Source: Octopus sinensis (Eukaryota). From it: a stretch of DNA of 64,000 nt. Within the stretch, counting starts at the first letter, position 1. Each line of letters opens with the position of its first letter. Positions 38,231 to 50,710 of this stretch are shown here, piece after piece. A program made the translations under genes and the position numbers. The notes under the pieces are model-generated. The model ran no database searches and was not told where the DNA came from. It saw only the letters and a list, made by a program, of their open reading frames with translations. The DNA is taken from contig NC_043013.1 of assembly GCF_006345805.1 (NCBI RefSeq), forward strand, positions 2,728,001-2,792,000, given 5' to 3'.

Positions 38231-39359
38231 CGTTATGCAGGATTGTTTTTATTATCTTGAGGTTTGGTTTGCACACGTACGGCCTCATCGGGAGTTGAAG
38301 GCCCGACGAAGGAAGATTATTGAAAAGTCACACAAAGAGAAGAAAACGAAACGCCGAATATGCAGAAGAATACAGTTTGAAGAATTAATTTAACATTGAA
38401 AAAATAAAATCCGAAATGTTTCCACGCGTTGGCCAATTGCCCTTCTTCAATGAACAGAAGACAGCGAGAGTATAAAAAAGAAAAAAAAAAGAGAAAAATT
38501 TGTACTAAACAATATTAGAGTTTTGGTCGAGGTGACATGGTCTTTATTGATTAACAGACAGAAATGGTGGAATGGCATTAGGCTTCAAAGGTTTGGAAAT
38601 AGGGAAATGAGTGTTCTTTTGGCAGGAAGAAGTCTATTTAAATGTTGGTACTTGTGCAGGTGCCGTCAAAATGGTCAACTTGCAGTTAGATTCATCTGCA
38701 GGCTTGACCAGATGTATCTATTCTTACAAAGTCAAACAGATTGAAATATATGGTCATAGTTGTTTTTTTGACTTCAAACGAAATCAGTCTATGCTTTCTC
38801 TATCATTTAAGTTAACTCAAAACATGAATTCTTACTTTCTTAAAATCATCTCCCCGTTCCTTTGAAAGGCACTAAAAACTGCTACAAGTTTGTTGCTTTC
38901 TTCCTTAGAAGAGAAATTAGAGAAAAATTACAGTGGATTACCTATTTACTTCATGACATTCAGTACATCACTCTTTAATTAAATTATCCAAATTCGTGTA
39001 ATTGCCTCATTTGAATTTTTCATACATCTTTTATTTCTAATTATGCAATTATTCTCAACTAAAAATATACTTAATAACTCTCCTTCTAAATAAAATTCTT
39101 TGCAAGCTTGAACATTTTTTTCCGTTCTTAAGAGGTCAATCAGACCAAAATATGTCTGTAATTGTCCCTGGCTTGCAAACTAATTTTTCCTTAAGTATGT
39201 AAATTAACTTGAGAAATTAATTCTTAATTTCTTAAAATCAACTTTCACTCCCTTTGAGACTTGAGACAATTAATGAACGCTAAGCTGTTGTTTACTATCC
39301 TCGGCATAGATGGCAATTTCTTTGACTCTATTTATACATATATCTTTTATCTTTTTTTT

Positions 39360-39815
39360 TTTTACTTGTTTCAGTCATTAGATTGAGGCCATGCTGGAGC
39401 ACCGCCTTGAAGAATTTTTAGTTGAAAGAATCGACCCCATTACTTTTTATTTTTTTAAGTCTGGTACTTATTCTATCAATTTTTTTTGCCGAACCGCTTA
39501 TTTACGGTGACGTAAACACACCAACACCGGTTGTCAAGCAGTACTGAGGGGACAAACACAAACACAAACACACACATAGACACAAAGGCACACACACACA
39601 CATACATATCTACATACATACATGCATGCATACATGCATGCATACATGCATGCATACATGCATACATACGACGGGCTTCCTTCAGTTTTCATCTACCAAA
39701 TCCACTCACAAGTCTTTGGTCGCCCAGAGGATAAAGTAGAAAACACTTGCTCCAGTTGTCACGCAGAGGGACTGAACCCGGAACCATGTGACTGGTAAGC
39801 AAACGTCTTACCACT
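39360..39815 (-). mobile_element. SINE family A
   Basis: Reverse collinear with family A. Confidence 0.88.
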
Positions 39816-40148
39816 TGCTTCTTAAACAAGATAATAAATGGTACCTTGCTTATTTTAAAGTGATTCTCACTCGTACTTACAGAGTGCTCCCCCTCCATAC
39901 ACATATATAGTAAAAACTAGCAATATAATATATTACCTGATTCACCATAACCAAGTTATTTCACTCGCTGGAATGTTCTGTTGTTGGAGAAGGGTACGAA
40001 CCTGAGATCTTAAGGTATCTCTCCTCGTCCACGGCCTGAAACGCCACCCAAAACTAATATTCAGCAATAATCTATAAATATCTTACTCTGTTGAAACTAG
40101 AGAATATTGCGAATGTCTGTTTATGTATGTGAATATCTATAAGTACGT

Positions 40149-40185
<37 letters not shown>

Positions 40186-40560
40186 GTACATGTGAGTTTG
40201 CACTAAGCTAGACCATAAAATCGATATTATAGTTCAATGCAGGTGTCTTGATTTGGGGAACTGGACACAAAGTGGAGATAGTAGTTATGAAGAAAAACGT
40301 TCAAGAAGGTGATGTTGGGAGAGACGGTGCTTATATTGACTAGGTGTGATATAACCACAACGATGACGACGACAATAGGGATGACGATGACGGCGACGGT
40401 AGTGGTGGGGATGGCGGTGGTAGAAGTAGTGGTGGTAGTGGTGGTGGTGGTGGTGGTGGTGATTGTGACGCATATAGTTAAAAATGAAACGGTGGCGTAA
40501 CAATAAAAGAAAAAAAATTAAACGGCGTCTAGTTTGTTGGAACCCGGCGGATGGCTTCAT

Positions 40561-40623
40561 TCTGATTGGACAGGATGTCTATGACATCACCATGCGACAG
40601 AGCCAATCATATCCGCATTCCGG
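40561..40623. promoter_or_regulatory. CCAAT / CRE-like / CCAAT / ETS module 1
   Basis: ATTGG 40565, TGACATCA 40582, CCAAT 40603, TTCCGG 40618. Confidence 0.55.
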
Positions 40624-40886
40624 CTAATCAAAGTATCTGTCGACATTCTTCAGATTGTTAATACCATTTCTGTCTCAACTGGAACCTTCTAAGCTTTGGT
40701 GTGATTAATGGGGTGGAGGGAGGGATTTAACACGTTTACTAACTTTGACACATTCGCATCTATCCACATGCACTAAATTAATTATACACATACATCATAT
40801 ATGCTTATGCTGTACACGCACACATATGCACATACACACACATATACATGTATATATTCATATACTTATATATATATATGTATGTG

Positions 40887-40935
<49 letters not shown>

Positions 40936-41140
40936 GCGCGCATATATATGTATGTATATATATTCATATATACACACGCATACATATCTCTACGTGTGTA
41001 TATACACGCATGCACGCGCACACACGCGAGCACAAACACACACACAAACATTTGGAGATATGATGACGCATATAATGTATAATTTGCATTAAACGGCAAT
41101 GTAAGAAATGCAAACATCTTTTAGATTTTGATGGCCTGTA

Positions 41141-41203
41141 TCTGATTGGTCCAGCGGTCTATGACGTCACAATGCGACTCGCACTTACCAGGTGCATTTC
41201 CGG
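41141..41203 (+). promoter_or_regulatory. CCAAT / CRE / ETS module 2 (probable core promoter)
   Basis: ATTGG 41145, perfect TGACGTCA 41162, TTCCGG 41198, then Inr-like TCAT/TCAC and donor CAA|GTAAGG at 41360. Confidence 0.6.
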
Positions 41204-41205
41204 TT

Positions 41206-41359
41206 TCATATCTTCACTCGTCGCTGAAACTCAGTGCAGATCGATGATCAAAGACCAGCCCTGTCTCTGATATGTCACCTCTGCTGTAATCTTTTTGCAC
41301 TGAGTTACTGAAGTTTTACTGCAACCATTCTCTGCTTCTCCGGCCTTCCTGTACAGCAA
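41206..41359 (+). other. Candidate non-coding first exon
   Basis: Unique sequence between module 2 and the GTAAGG donor; contains an 11-bp perfect inverted repeat. Confidence 0.4.
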
Positions 41360-42124
41360 GTAAGGTTATCATTGAGAAATAAATCATACTTCTAAAGAAA
41401 ACTGAAATTTTTAGTTTCACGATAAAAAAAAAAATTTTCTTGCTTTCTTCAATAGTTAAGTCGCAATATAAATAGAAGTGATCAGCTTATGTTAGCTTAG
41501 TATTCTGCGGCGCTCATCATCTTCTTAAATTTCAAGCTCAGTAGCACCCCCGCCTTTACGAAACGAGTGAAGATACAGAGAGAAAAAATTAGCAAACTTC
41601 TACGTGCCAACTACATCATATCACTCGTCAGACAGTACCTTCTCAACAGTAGCCTTGAGAGAGTATCTAATGCCAAACATTCTCAACTACTCCCAAGGAC
41701 CCTTTTCCTTACAAAATCTATCACTTCAACAACTACGACTTTTAGTAACTACAGTGACTACGAACAACATTCTTGTTTATGAGGAAGGTGATGCTGCTTT
41801 GCCGATTCTAGATTCTGCATCTTAGGTTCAATGGTTGGCAGTTTTAAATATAGGTCATGTTTTTTAAAAAGTGTTTAAAAAAATTAAACCATTCCCTCGG
41901 ATTTTGAAAGTTTCAAAGTTTATCCTCTATAAGTCATAGTGACAAATTATATCTTTTATCCTGCAGATTCTTGATCTTTTTAAAAACCATTTATTAGCGA
42001 CAAAGGCAGTATTAATACTAAGAAATAATATTTATCCCCACTGAAAAGTAGATGTTCTGTTAGAACAAATTATACTGTAGTAGATACAACGAGGCAGCTC
42101 ATTCTAACAGAACATCCATGTTTA

Positions 42125-42340
42125 GGCGGTGAGCTGGCAGAAATGTTAGCGCGCCGGGAGAAATGCTTAGCGGTATTTCGTCTGCCGCTACGTTCTGAGT
42201 TCAAATTCCGCCGAGGTCGACTTTGCCTTTCATCCTTTCGGGCTCGATTAAATAAGTACCAGTTACGCAATGGGGTCGATATAATTGACTTAATCCGTGT
42301 GTCTGTCCTTGTTTGTCCCCTTGTAGACAATAAAGAAACA
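42125..42340 (+). mobile_element. SINE family B with TSD
   Basis: AGAACATCCATGTTTA is duplicated on both sides. Confidence 0.9.
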
Positions 42341-42799
42341 AGAACATCCATGTTTAAGTGAGCATGAACTTCATATTTAGCTCACGGATATCCACTCTTA
42401 CCTTCTCCTCACCCGGACCACAGGGCACTGTTTGGGAATTCGTCTTTCATCCTTTTAGCTCACGAAATAACAGCTAAATCTCCCTCAACCCACATCCTGT
42501 CATCTGAAAAGGGATGGGGCACAAGGTGACGAATGGTTTTGGATACACCATACCTGAAAAGAAAAGAAGGATGGAAACGGCCAGAATATCTTTAATTATA
42601 GCTGATTTCTCACTAAACTACAACAACGACAACATTCTTTCTATTATATCCACAAGGGTTCAAAATATTTGGTAGGAGAGAAAGATCAGTCGATTTCATC
42701 GACCTTAGTGTTCAACGGATTCTATTCTACCGTCTCTAAAAGAATGAAAGGCCAAGTCGAACAACAACAATAATATTGGCAGAATATTGGTAAATTTTG

Positions 42800-43005
42800 G
42801 CACAAGGCCAGCATTTTCAAGGGAATGGGGTAAGTCGATTACATTGACCCCAGTGCTAACTGCTACCTATTTTATTGACCTCCGAAGGGATGAAAAGCAA
42901 AGTCGACCTCGGCGGAATTTGAACTCAGAATATAAAGACGGACGAAACGCCGCTAAGCATTTTGCCCGGCGCTCTACCGATTCTGTTCTGCCAGCTTGCG
43001 GCCTT
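42800..43005 (-). mobile_element. SINE family B, short-tail form
   Basis: Core and head in reverse. Confidence 0.8.
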
Positions 43006-43019
43006 AAATACCTAATAAT

Positions 43020-43363
43020 AATATTAACAACTGCAACAGCACCACCGACAACAACACCATCATAAAAAACAACAACAAGAACAACAGCATCAACACCACC
43101 ATTACCACCAACACTAACCTCAACCAATAACAACAACAACAATAATGACGCCGACGGCAACAACAATAACAACAGCAGTAATAACGGCAGCACCACCAAC
43201 ATCAACAATAGCAGGAGCAGCAGCTTAACGTCTTGCAGAATTTTACAAAGCCAAACCTTTTAATAGTCAGCTGTAGTTAATTCATCTGTCATTAAATCAG
43301 CAATAAGAAAAATAGCAGCAACAGCAGTAGCAGCAGTGGCAGCAGCAGCAGCAGCAGCGGCAG

Positions 43364-43417
<54 letters not shown>

Positions 43418-43836
43418 TAGCAATAGTAGTAGTAGTAGTAGTAGTAGTAGCAGCAGCAGCAGCAGTAGTAGTGGTAGTAGTAGTCGTACTAATAGTACGT
43501 GTTGTTGGTATTATCTATAGTAAGTAGTGTTGCAGTAGTAGTTGCAGTAGTAGTTGCAGTAGTAGTTGCAGTTGAAGTAGTCATACTAATAGTGATAGTG
43601 GTGGTGGTAGTGGTGGTGGTGGTGGTGGTGGTGGTGGTGGTGGTGTGTTAGTCGTCTGAATGGTGTAACTGGCGGCGTTAATCGTAGAATGCTTTGTAGA
43701 AGTGATCGCGTTGTTCGTAGTGTCAGTGTAAGTGGTGGCGGTGGTGGTGGTGGTGGTTGTACAGGTGGGAGTGTGAGGGTTGCAGCGGCAGTGGCGTTGC
43801 AGGTGGTGATTATGATGACCATTTTAGCAGCACCAC

Positions 43837-43874
<38 letters not shown>

Positions 43875-44202
43875 CAATTTAGCAACCTAACAACAATATA
43901 TATTGGACGTGGAATCCCAGTTTAACAATCACAATAATAGTAACAAAAGTTATTGCTTGCAACAACAACAACAATAGCAAAATAACAATGATATTAACTA
44001 GAACAACAACAACAACAACAACAACATCACCAACAATAATAACTGCAACGATAGTCTTGATGTTTATTAATAGAGGCAAATAGAAATATTTTAGAATTTT
44101 TGATGGAGGAGATTTTATTTTAATAACTACATAATAATGATTAATAATATAATAATAATAATAATAATAATATAATAATAATAAATAATAATAATAATTT
44201 TA

Positions 44203-44239
<37 letters not shown>

Positions 44240-44242
44240 CGG

Positions 44243-44274
<32 letters not shown>

Positions 44275-44280
44275 GTGATG
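43020..44280. repeat. Trinucleotide microsatellite field ((CAA)n, (GCA)n, (GTA)n, (GGT)n, (AAT)n, (GAT)n)
   Basis: Read directly. Confidence 0.95.
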
Positions 44281-45560
44281 ATTTCTTTATTGGCCACAAA
44301 GGATTTACATCAAGAAAAACGTTATGGATTGTACAGGATAAAAGACTAAATGAGTGTGTGTATATGTGCGCGTGTTTTATTGTGAGATTTTTTGCGTGTA
44401 AACAGGTTTAACGCCAAAAAAAAAGTTAACAAAATGCAATCCTCAACAAGGAGGGGACTTTCAAGAGCTGCTCATGGAACAACCCCATAAAATCCCCAAG
44501 TTCCCTGACTTCTGGGGCAGGTGCCATTTCACAGTTCCTCGTCTTCAATTACAGGCATATACCCAGGGTAGACCCGTTTACTCACAACATTCTCGCCACC
44601 TTTCAACTAAATGGCTGGAAGGCAACTCTTCCCTCTCTGGGCCTTATTTTTCTCTTCAAGATTCACTTGAAGAAGTTCATCAGAAAGTGGTCAAAGAGAA
44701 AAGTGTTTGTCTTCAGCCCCTTCAATTTCATTCACCATACAACTTCTTTCGCCATGGCCACCAGGCATATACAAACTGCCTGCCCTTCCCGGTTAAAAGA
44801 ATTGCGGCGGAGCGATCTTCCTGATGGATTCAGTTGACAGCCGGATTCGTCCCACACGCGACAGCAGGTGTTCAACATAAGCTCACAGGTCAATAATGCT
44901 CAGACACTGGGCGAGTGCATGCAGAATGGTTTCGTCGTCCTGTGCACATCTCAGACATGCTTGGCTGACGGCACTTCCGTGCCTGTAGAGTTTATCCCGA
45001 ACAAGCAAAGCTCCCGGAAGTTATCCATCGGTCCCGGGCCGAAAACTCTCTGGAAGAGAATAGCTAACTGTTCGCCTTCCACGTTCAAGGTCTCCACAAG
45101 AACGTCGTCGCACTTTCCCGCCACTAATCCTCTACAGAACGCTAAAGTGGGCTTTTCACCTATCGCAGTGTTCGGCTGCCTGAAGGATTGGTAAGCGCTT
45201 GAAGACATTTCACTTTCAAAATGCCTTTTCTCGGTTTCTGTTCGACCTTAGACTGCAGCTCCGTTAAGGAGACCAGTTGGGAAAACACGAGTTTGGCGAA
45301 CGGCGACTACACTTGTTCACCGTCATGGAAGAGCTGGAGATGTCGTAACCTTGGCGCATGTTTGCGCATCATCAGCCACGGCATCCCCAATCCACCACGC
45401 AGCAGGCGTTGACAGCAGATAGCCTTCATGACCATCGGATTGCGTTCCATTCACAAAAAGCGAAAGACTATATGGTCTAATGCAATAAGACAGAGCCGGA
45501 ATAGGGCACGACGTTCAAGAGGTAGTAGATCACGGGCGCAATGTACTCGCTAGCCACCAA
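44281..45560 (-). mobile_element. Tx1/L1-like LINE, 5'-truncated (ORF2 C-terminus and 3' UTR), inside microsatellites
   Basis: Minus-strand translation IAPVIYY...RGGLGMP...C..DDETILHALAQC...AKEVVW; 3' end CCTTTGTGGCCAATAAAGAAAT then (CAT)n; 5' end abuts (TAA)n. Confidence 0.85.
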
Positions 45561-45620
<60 letters not shown>

Positions 45621-45622
<2 letters not shown>

Positions 45623-45915
45623 GTCGATAGATATGACAGGTTAGCTTAGGAGGTTAAGCAGTTGTGGTCGCTGAAAAAGGTGGTAGTAGTACTGATAATT
45701 GTCGGAGCCCTGAGAACAGTGAGTAAAAATCTTGAAACGTACACGGAGCAAATAGGGGCTGCAATAAGGGTGCAGCACTTGCAGAAAGCAGCACTGCTTG
45801 GAACCGCTTGAAATAATCCGGAGGGTGCTCGAAAAATAAGCGGTTTTACCTCAGTTCACTGGTAGTGAACAGCTGGCACCGTAGTACATCTCCTGCATTA
45901 GTAGCTGTGCAAAGA
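45621..45915 (+). mobile_element. R4/Dong-type LINE extreme 3' end inside (TAA)n
   Basis: RYDRLA.EVKQLW...IIVGAL...LQKAALLGTA; trinucleotide repeats on both flanks. Confidence 0.82.
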
Positions 45916-45963
45916 CAATAAATAACAACAACAACAACAATAATGATGATGATGATGATGATA

Positions 45964-46005
<42 letters not shown>

Positions 46006-46053
46006 GTGGTGGTAATAATAATAATAATAATAATGATAATAATAATAATAATG

Positions 46054-46104
<51 letters not shown>

Positions 46105-46386
46105 GTAATATGGATAATTCACCTTTGGAAATATGGGTGTTTTGTTCAACATCCTTAAACAAACTTTAGTCAGGGACCATTTGAGCGGGATGGGCTCGAC
46201 GTGAAGAAAATTCTAACTGGGCCCCACCTGCAAAGTCACGTGCTGTTTATCTTGATATGAGATCACCATATGGTTGTGATGCATGTGCCTGGTATACCCT
46301 TATCAGAAGAGTAATCATGATGGGTATACTGGGCTTCGTATATTTTAGCCAGTGTCACTTTGATGGCATGCACTTCTCTATCACTC
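46105..46386 (+). mobile_element. 5'-truncated copy of the (TAA)n-associated non-coding retroposon
   Basis: Matches the reverse complement of 26309-26600; (AAT)n on both sides. Confidence 0.8.
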
Positions 46387-46411
46387 AATAATAATAATAA
46401 TAATAATAATA

Positions 46412-46482
<71 letters not shown>

Positions 46483-46489
46483 TAATAAT

Positions 46490-48185
46490 CTAATTATCAG
46501 GAACTGTAAGAGGAGACACACAAACCTGAGCATGGCATGGGTTGACTATCGTAAACATACGATATGATACCATATTCCTCGATAATAAAAACAATGGAAA
46601 TGTATGGAGTAGCAGAAACTATGAGAAGCCTTATATGGAATAGCATGAAATGCTGGAGAATGGAATTAGCAGCTAGGAATCAACTGTTAGGAGAGGTTAA
46701 AATCAAGAGAGTTATCTTCCAGTAGGGCAGTGTCCCCCCCACCCACTGAGCTTCGTGCACGGAACGATATCCTTGAGTAAAATACTTCAGAAAACAAAGT
46801 TGGAGGTATGGATCTGGGAATGGGTAAGGCAAAACTGAACCACTTGCTATTCATGGACGACCTGAAGCTATTCACAAAAACTGAGGCAGAACTGGACAGC
46901 TTAGTCCAGCCTGTGCGGATTTTCTCCCATGATATTAAGATGGAGTTTGGACTCTCAAAATGTGCTACAATGGTGATGAGACGAGGAAAGCTTTTCAGAA
47001 CAGAAAAGTGGTGAAATGATGAAGGCAATTCGACCTCAATCCAGCTATAAATATCTGGGAATAGTTGAGGCAGATGGAATCAAACACAACATAAAAGGAA
47101 AAGACAAAAAAAAAAAAAAAAAAAGAGTACCTACGGCGAGTGAGAAAAATATTGGCGTCAAAGATGAATGCCAGAAACATAATTTCGGCAATTAACTCGC
47201 GCGCAGTCGAAGTAGTTCGGTATGGCGCTGGATTCCTGAAATGGACAGAGGAAGGACTAAAGACGGGCAAGAAGTCAAGAAAGTTTCTAACAATGCATAG
47301 TGCCCATCATCCACATGCAGACCCAAACAAACACTGATCGAAGTGCAAATGGAGAAAGAGAACAGATAAGTGTGGAAGACTTATGAGATACCTAGCCCTT
47401 TTCTAATTTAGGCACAAGGCCAGAAATTTTGGGGGAAGGGGCCAGTCGATTAAGTCGACCACAGTACGGAACAAGTACTTAATTTATTGACCCCGCAAGG
47501 ATAAAAGGTAAAGTCGACCTCAGCGGAATTTGAAATCAGAACATAAAGACAGACGAAATACCTATTTCTTTACTACCCTCAAGGGGCTAAACATAGAGGA
47601 GACAAACAAGGTCGATTATATCGACCCCGGTGCGTAACTGGTACTTAATTTATCGACCCCGAAAGGATGAAAGGCAAAGTCAACCTCAGCGAAATTTGAA
47701 CTCAGAACGTTAAGACAGACGAAATACCGCTAAACTTTTCGCCCGGCGTGCTAACGATTCTACCAGCTCGCCGCCTTAAAGTAAGGAAACCTTGCTAGTG
47801 ACAGTTAGGAACGAGGGAGTATTGAAAGCAGAGAGAAAAAAAGGAAAAACATATGAAGTACAAAAAGGATATGAAGAAGAATTACGCAAGAAGGGACTAC
47901 ACAATCAATTCCATTGTAGCCACAACAGAAGTTGCTGGAAACAATTAGGTGGGATTGGCTGATGAAAGGAACACTAAAAAAGGAGACCGAGAGCACTATA
48001 CTGGCGGTGCAAGACCAAGCTTTGGCCACAGACTGGGGGGGGGGTCAACCTTAGGAATGAGCATGTGTCTCCACTGTGCCGCGTCTGCAATAGAGTGGAT
48101 GAAGCCATTGTCCATATCACAAACGAATGCCCTAGACTTGCCCAAAACCAGTACAAGTTGTGGCGACACTATGAAAAAGTAAGCT
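46490..48185 (+). mobile_element. Decayed R4/Dong-type LINE (RT to zinc knuckle) interrupted by a SINE dimer
   Basis: LSMAWVDYRK, LNHLLFMDDLKLF, MEFGLSKCA, NIISAINSRAV..VRYGAG, LKKETESTILAVQDQAL. Confidence 0.85.
47397..47777 (-). mobile_element. Head-to-tail dimer of SINE family B
   Basis: Minus-strand junction AAAGAAATA|GGTATTTCGTC near 47550-47570. Confidence 0.85.
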
Positions 48186-48299
48186 TTTTCATTCGTACAT
48201 GTTGGGTCAGCGAAATTAAAGCCAGGTCCCACGGCAGCTCTTAATATGACCAAAAGGCTATTCTACAAGGACCAACGGTCATCAAAACGAAAACAAAAA

Positions 48300-50270
48300 T
48301 GAAGCGAAAAACCCGAAAAAGCACCTTCATACAAAGTTGGAATGCGAGTTTGCACCTGAAAAGTCTGATGAAGAAAGCAGAAAGCATAAAATGACTCATC
48401 ATGAACCCAAGGAAGTTTGATAACCCGACGGATCCCTAAAGATAAAAAAAGAATACTTTTTGTACCCGATAGATAAAGAATAATTAAATTAAGATGGAGT
48501 GGGTTTTCCAGTAAACAAAAAAAATTAAGAAGGGCCATTTCCATGAATTTGCCAATAAACCTCGTCAAACTACCAGCCTTGCCTTGAAGCTATCGAAGAA
48601 GTAATCCAACTTTATACACAAAAATCTACGATTATCCAAGAGCTAGAAGGATTATCGAAGTAAATGAATATCACAAAGCTTATGGCGCCATCATAATGGG
48701 AAATCTATACGCCAAGATAAGGAACGAAATAACAAATGTCTGGGAATGACAGAGAATAAAACACATAATGAATTTCTACGAGTCATAGAACCTAAAAATA
48801 TCCAATACCATTTTTGAAAAGGAAAAAAAAAGAAAAAAGAAAAGCTTAGAAATGTCCAAGCTGTACAACTTTAAAGTAGCTCGGCTACATTATCACAAAC
48901 AAGGCAAGACATTTTTCGAAACACTGAAGTAATAGATGAGGCAGCCATCGTATGCAAAGCGAAAAAAAAAATCTATTCCATTTCAAGCAGAAACCAATCG
49001 GGATTGTAAGAGAGGCTAATCAATCATTTCAAAGCTACCTTAACATTGAGCCTGCTGAACAATAAACACAAAGTGACGACACTGAAACTTTAAACAAGAA
49101 TCTAACAAAAGCTTTTACTGAAAGATCTGAATACAGCAACAAACTTAGGAACAAACGAAAAAAGTTCGGAGTTAATTCAGCCGGCAACGAGACAGAAGTA
49201 GCAGAGCTGAATAAACAGATAAACAGAAAATAATGAGAAGACACGAGAGACTGCAAGAATAGAAACAGCAATCCATCAAGTGAAAAAATTTGAATCTGTT
49301 AGAGAATAAAATAAACGGGAAGATCAAATGATAGCATAAAAGAAGTTCAGACCATCAAGATATGAAGAAATAGACTCGAAGAAAGAGGGACGGTGTTCTA
49401 TAATGGTAACTAAAGCAACAACAGTCTTATAGAAGACAACATTATCTTATCTAGAACAACACTGTAAGTTTCTGAAATTCAACCATACGAAGAGCAACAC
49501 ACAATCAAAAATGTAGAGGTGACGCTCTAGGACAGGGGTCGAGGAGGTTTTTTAACCAATTACCTCAAAATATGATATTTACACCGACGTTACCCTCTTG
49601 ATTTGAAAGGAAATAAGGGAAAAAAACAATTTATAAATATAAAAAGTATAAAATAAATGCTATAAAATGAATTAATATTATCTTCATTACGAAACAAAAG
49701 CATTTTTCTAGAAACCTTTTCACTTCAGGCTTTGGAGAAATGATGTTTCCTTTTTGTTACAATTTCATCAAAATTGGGGTATTTTGATGCCAGAGCAATT
49801 TGGATACCATCTTCGGTGTCCAATCAATTGCTCTGCTTTGTTTTTATGTTCATTAGAATGGAAAATTCTAGTTTGCAAAGGTAGGTTGTTGCAAAAGACA
49901 GCAATCTTTTGACTGCCCCCCCCTCATGCCAGAAGAAAAATTTTTTGTCGTAGCAAGGACCACGCTTTTATATAATTTTTCTTATGTCTAATGAGTCCTC
50001 GAGAATTTCATTTTTACTCCGGTTCGCCGACTCCTGCTCTAGAACAAAACAACGAATTAAAAAATGCAACTTGCCAAAATCTTCACTGAATACCTCAAAT
50101 AAAGTGAAATCTAAGGAAGATAAACAAGACCTAACAAACTATCGAGCTATAAACCTTCTAAGTGCCATATGAAGATCATTCCCAAAGATTGTGACAAAAC
50201 AGAATTGCCAAACAAGTGGATGGAACTCAGCCATTTGAACAAAAGGAATTTTAAAGGCGTTTTAATTTTC
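48300..50270 (+). mobile_element. Decayed RTE-like LINE interrupted by a hAT element
   Basis: IIMGNLYAKI (APE-like GD.NA motif) and DKQDLTNYRAINLLS (RT N-terminal NYRPI-like motif). Confidence 0.6.
49533..50036 (-). mobile_element. Internally deleted hAT (Charlie/Buster-like) element
   Basis: Ends CAGGGGTCG / CGACTCCTG; 8-bp TSD CTCTAGGA (49525-49532) / CTCTAGAA (50037-50044); minus strand encodes FATTYLCKLEFS...KTKQSN.L (hAT dimerisation motif). Confidence 0.88.
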
Positions 50271-50299
50271 CTTACCTTTGTCATTTACATGCGATGAAT

Positions 50300-50460
50300 T
50301 GGCTGTGTGGTAAGTAGCTTGCTTACGAACCACATGGTTCCGGGTTCAGTCCCTCTGCGTGGCACCATGGGCAAGTGTCTTCTACTATAGTCTCGGGCCG
50401 ACCAAAGCCTTGTGAGTGGATTTGGTAGACGGAAACTGAAAGAAACCCGTCGTATATATG

Positions 50461-50493
<33 letters not shown>

Positions 50494-50710
50494 GTGTGTA
50501 TGTTTGTGTGTTGCGTTTGTTCCCCTCCCCCAACATCGCTTGACAACCGATGCTGGTGTGTTTACGTCTCCGTAACTTAGCGGTTCGGCAAAAGAGACCG
50601 ATAGATTAAGTACTAGGCTTACAAAGAATAAGTCCTGGGGTCGATTTACTCGACCAAAGGCGGTGCTCCAGCATGGCCACAGTCAAATGACTGAAACAAG
50701 TAAATGAGTA
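50300..50710 (+). mobile_element. SINE family A, low-divergence full copy
   Basis: Collinear with 3567-3995. Confidence 0.92.

Noticed and set aside
38415-38456. Decayed hammerhead-like motif (TTGAAGA...AACGCGT) on the minus strand
   Set aside because: Too many core changes to support; possibly a PLE relic.
41222-41250. Iron-responsive element (CAGTGC loop) or C/D snoRNA in the candidate first exon
   Set aside because: Upper stem AAACT/AGATC pairs poorly and lacks the bulged C; the C-box match (ATGATCA) is imperfect and the D box lies inside the long stem.
41604-41825. 73-aa ORF downstream of the promoter
   Set aside because: Non-ATG start, no clear acceptor site and no recognisable family; may be decayed TE sequence.
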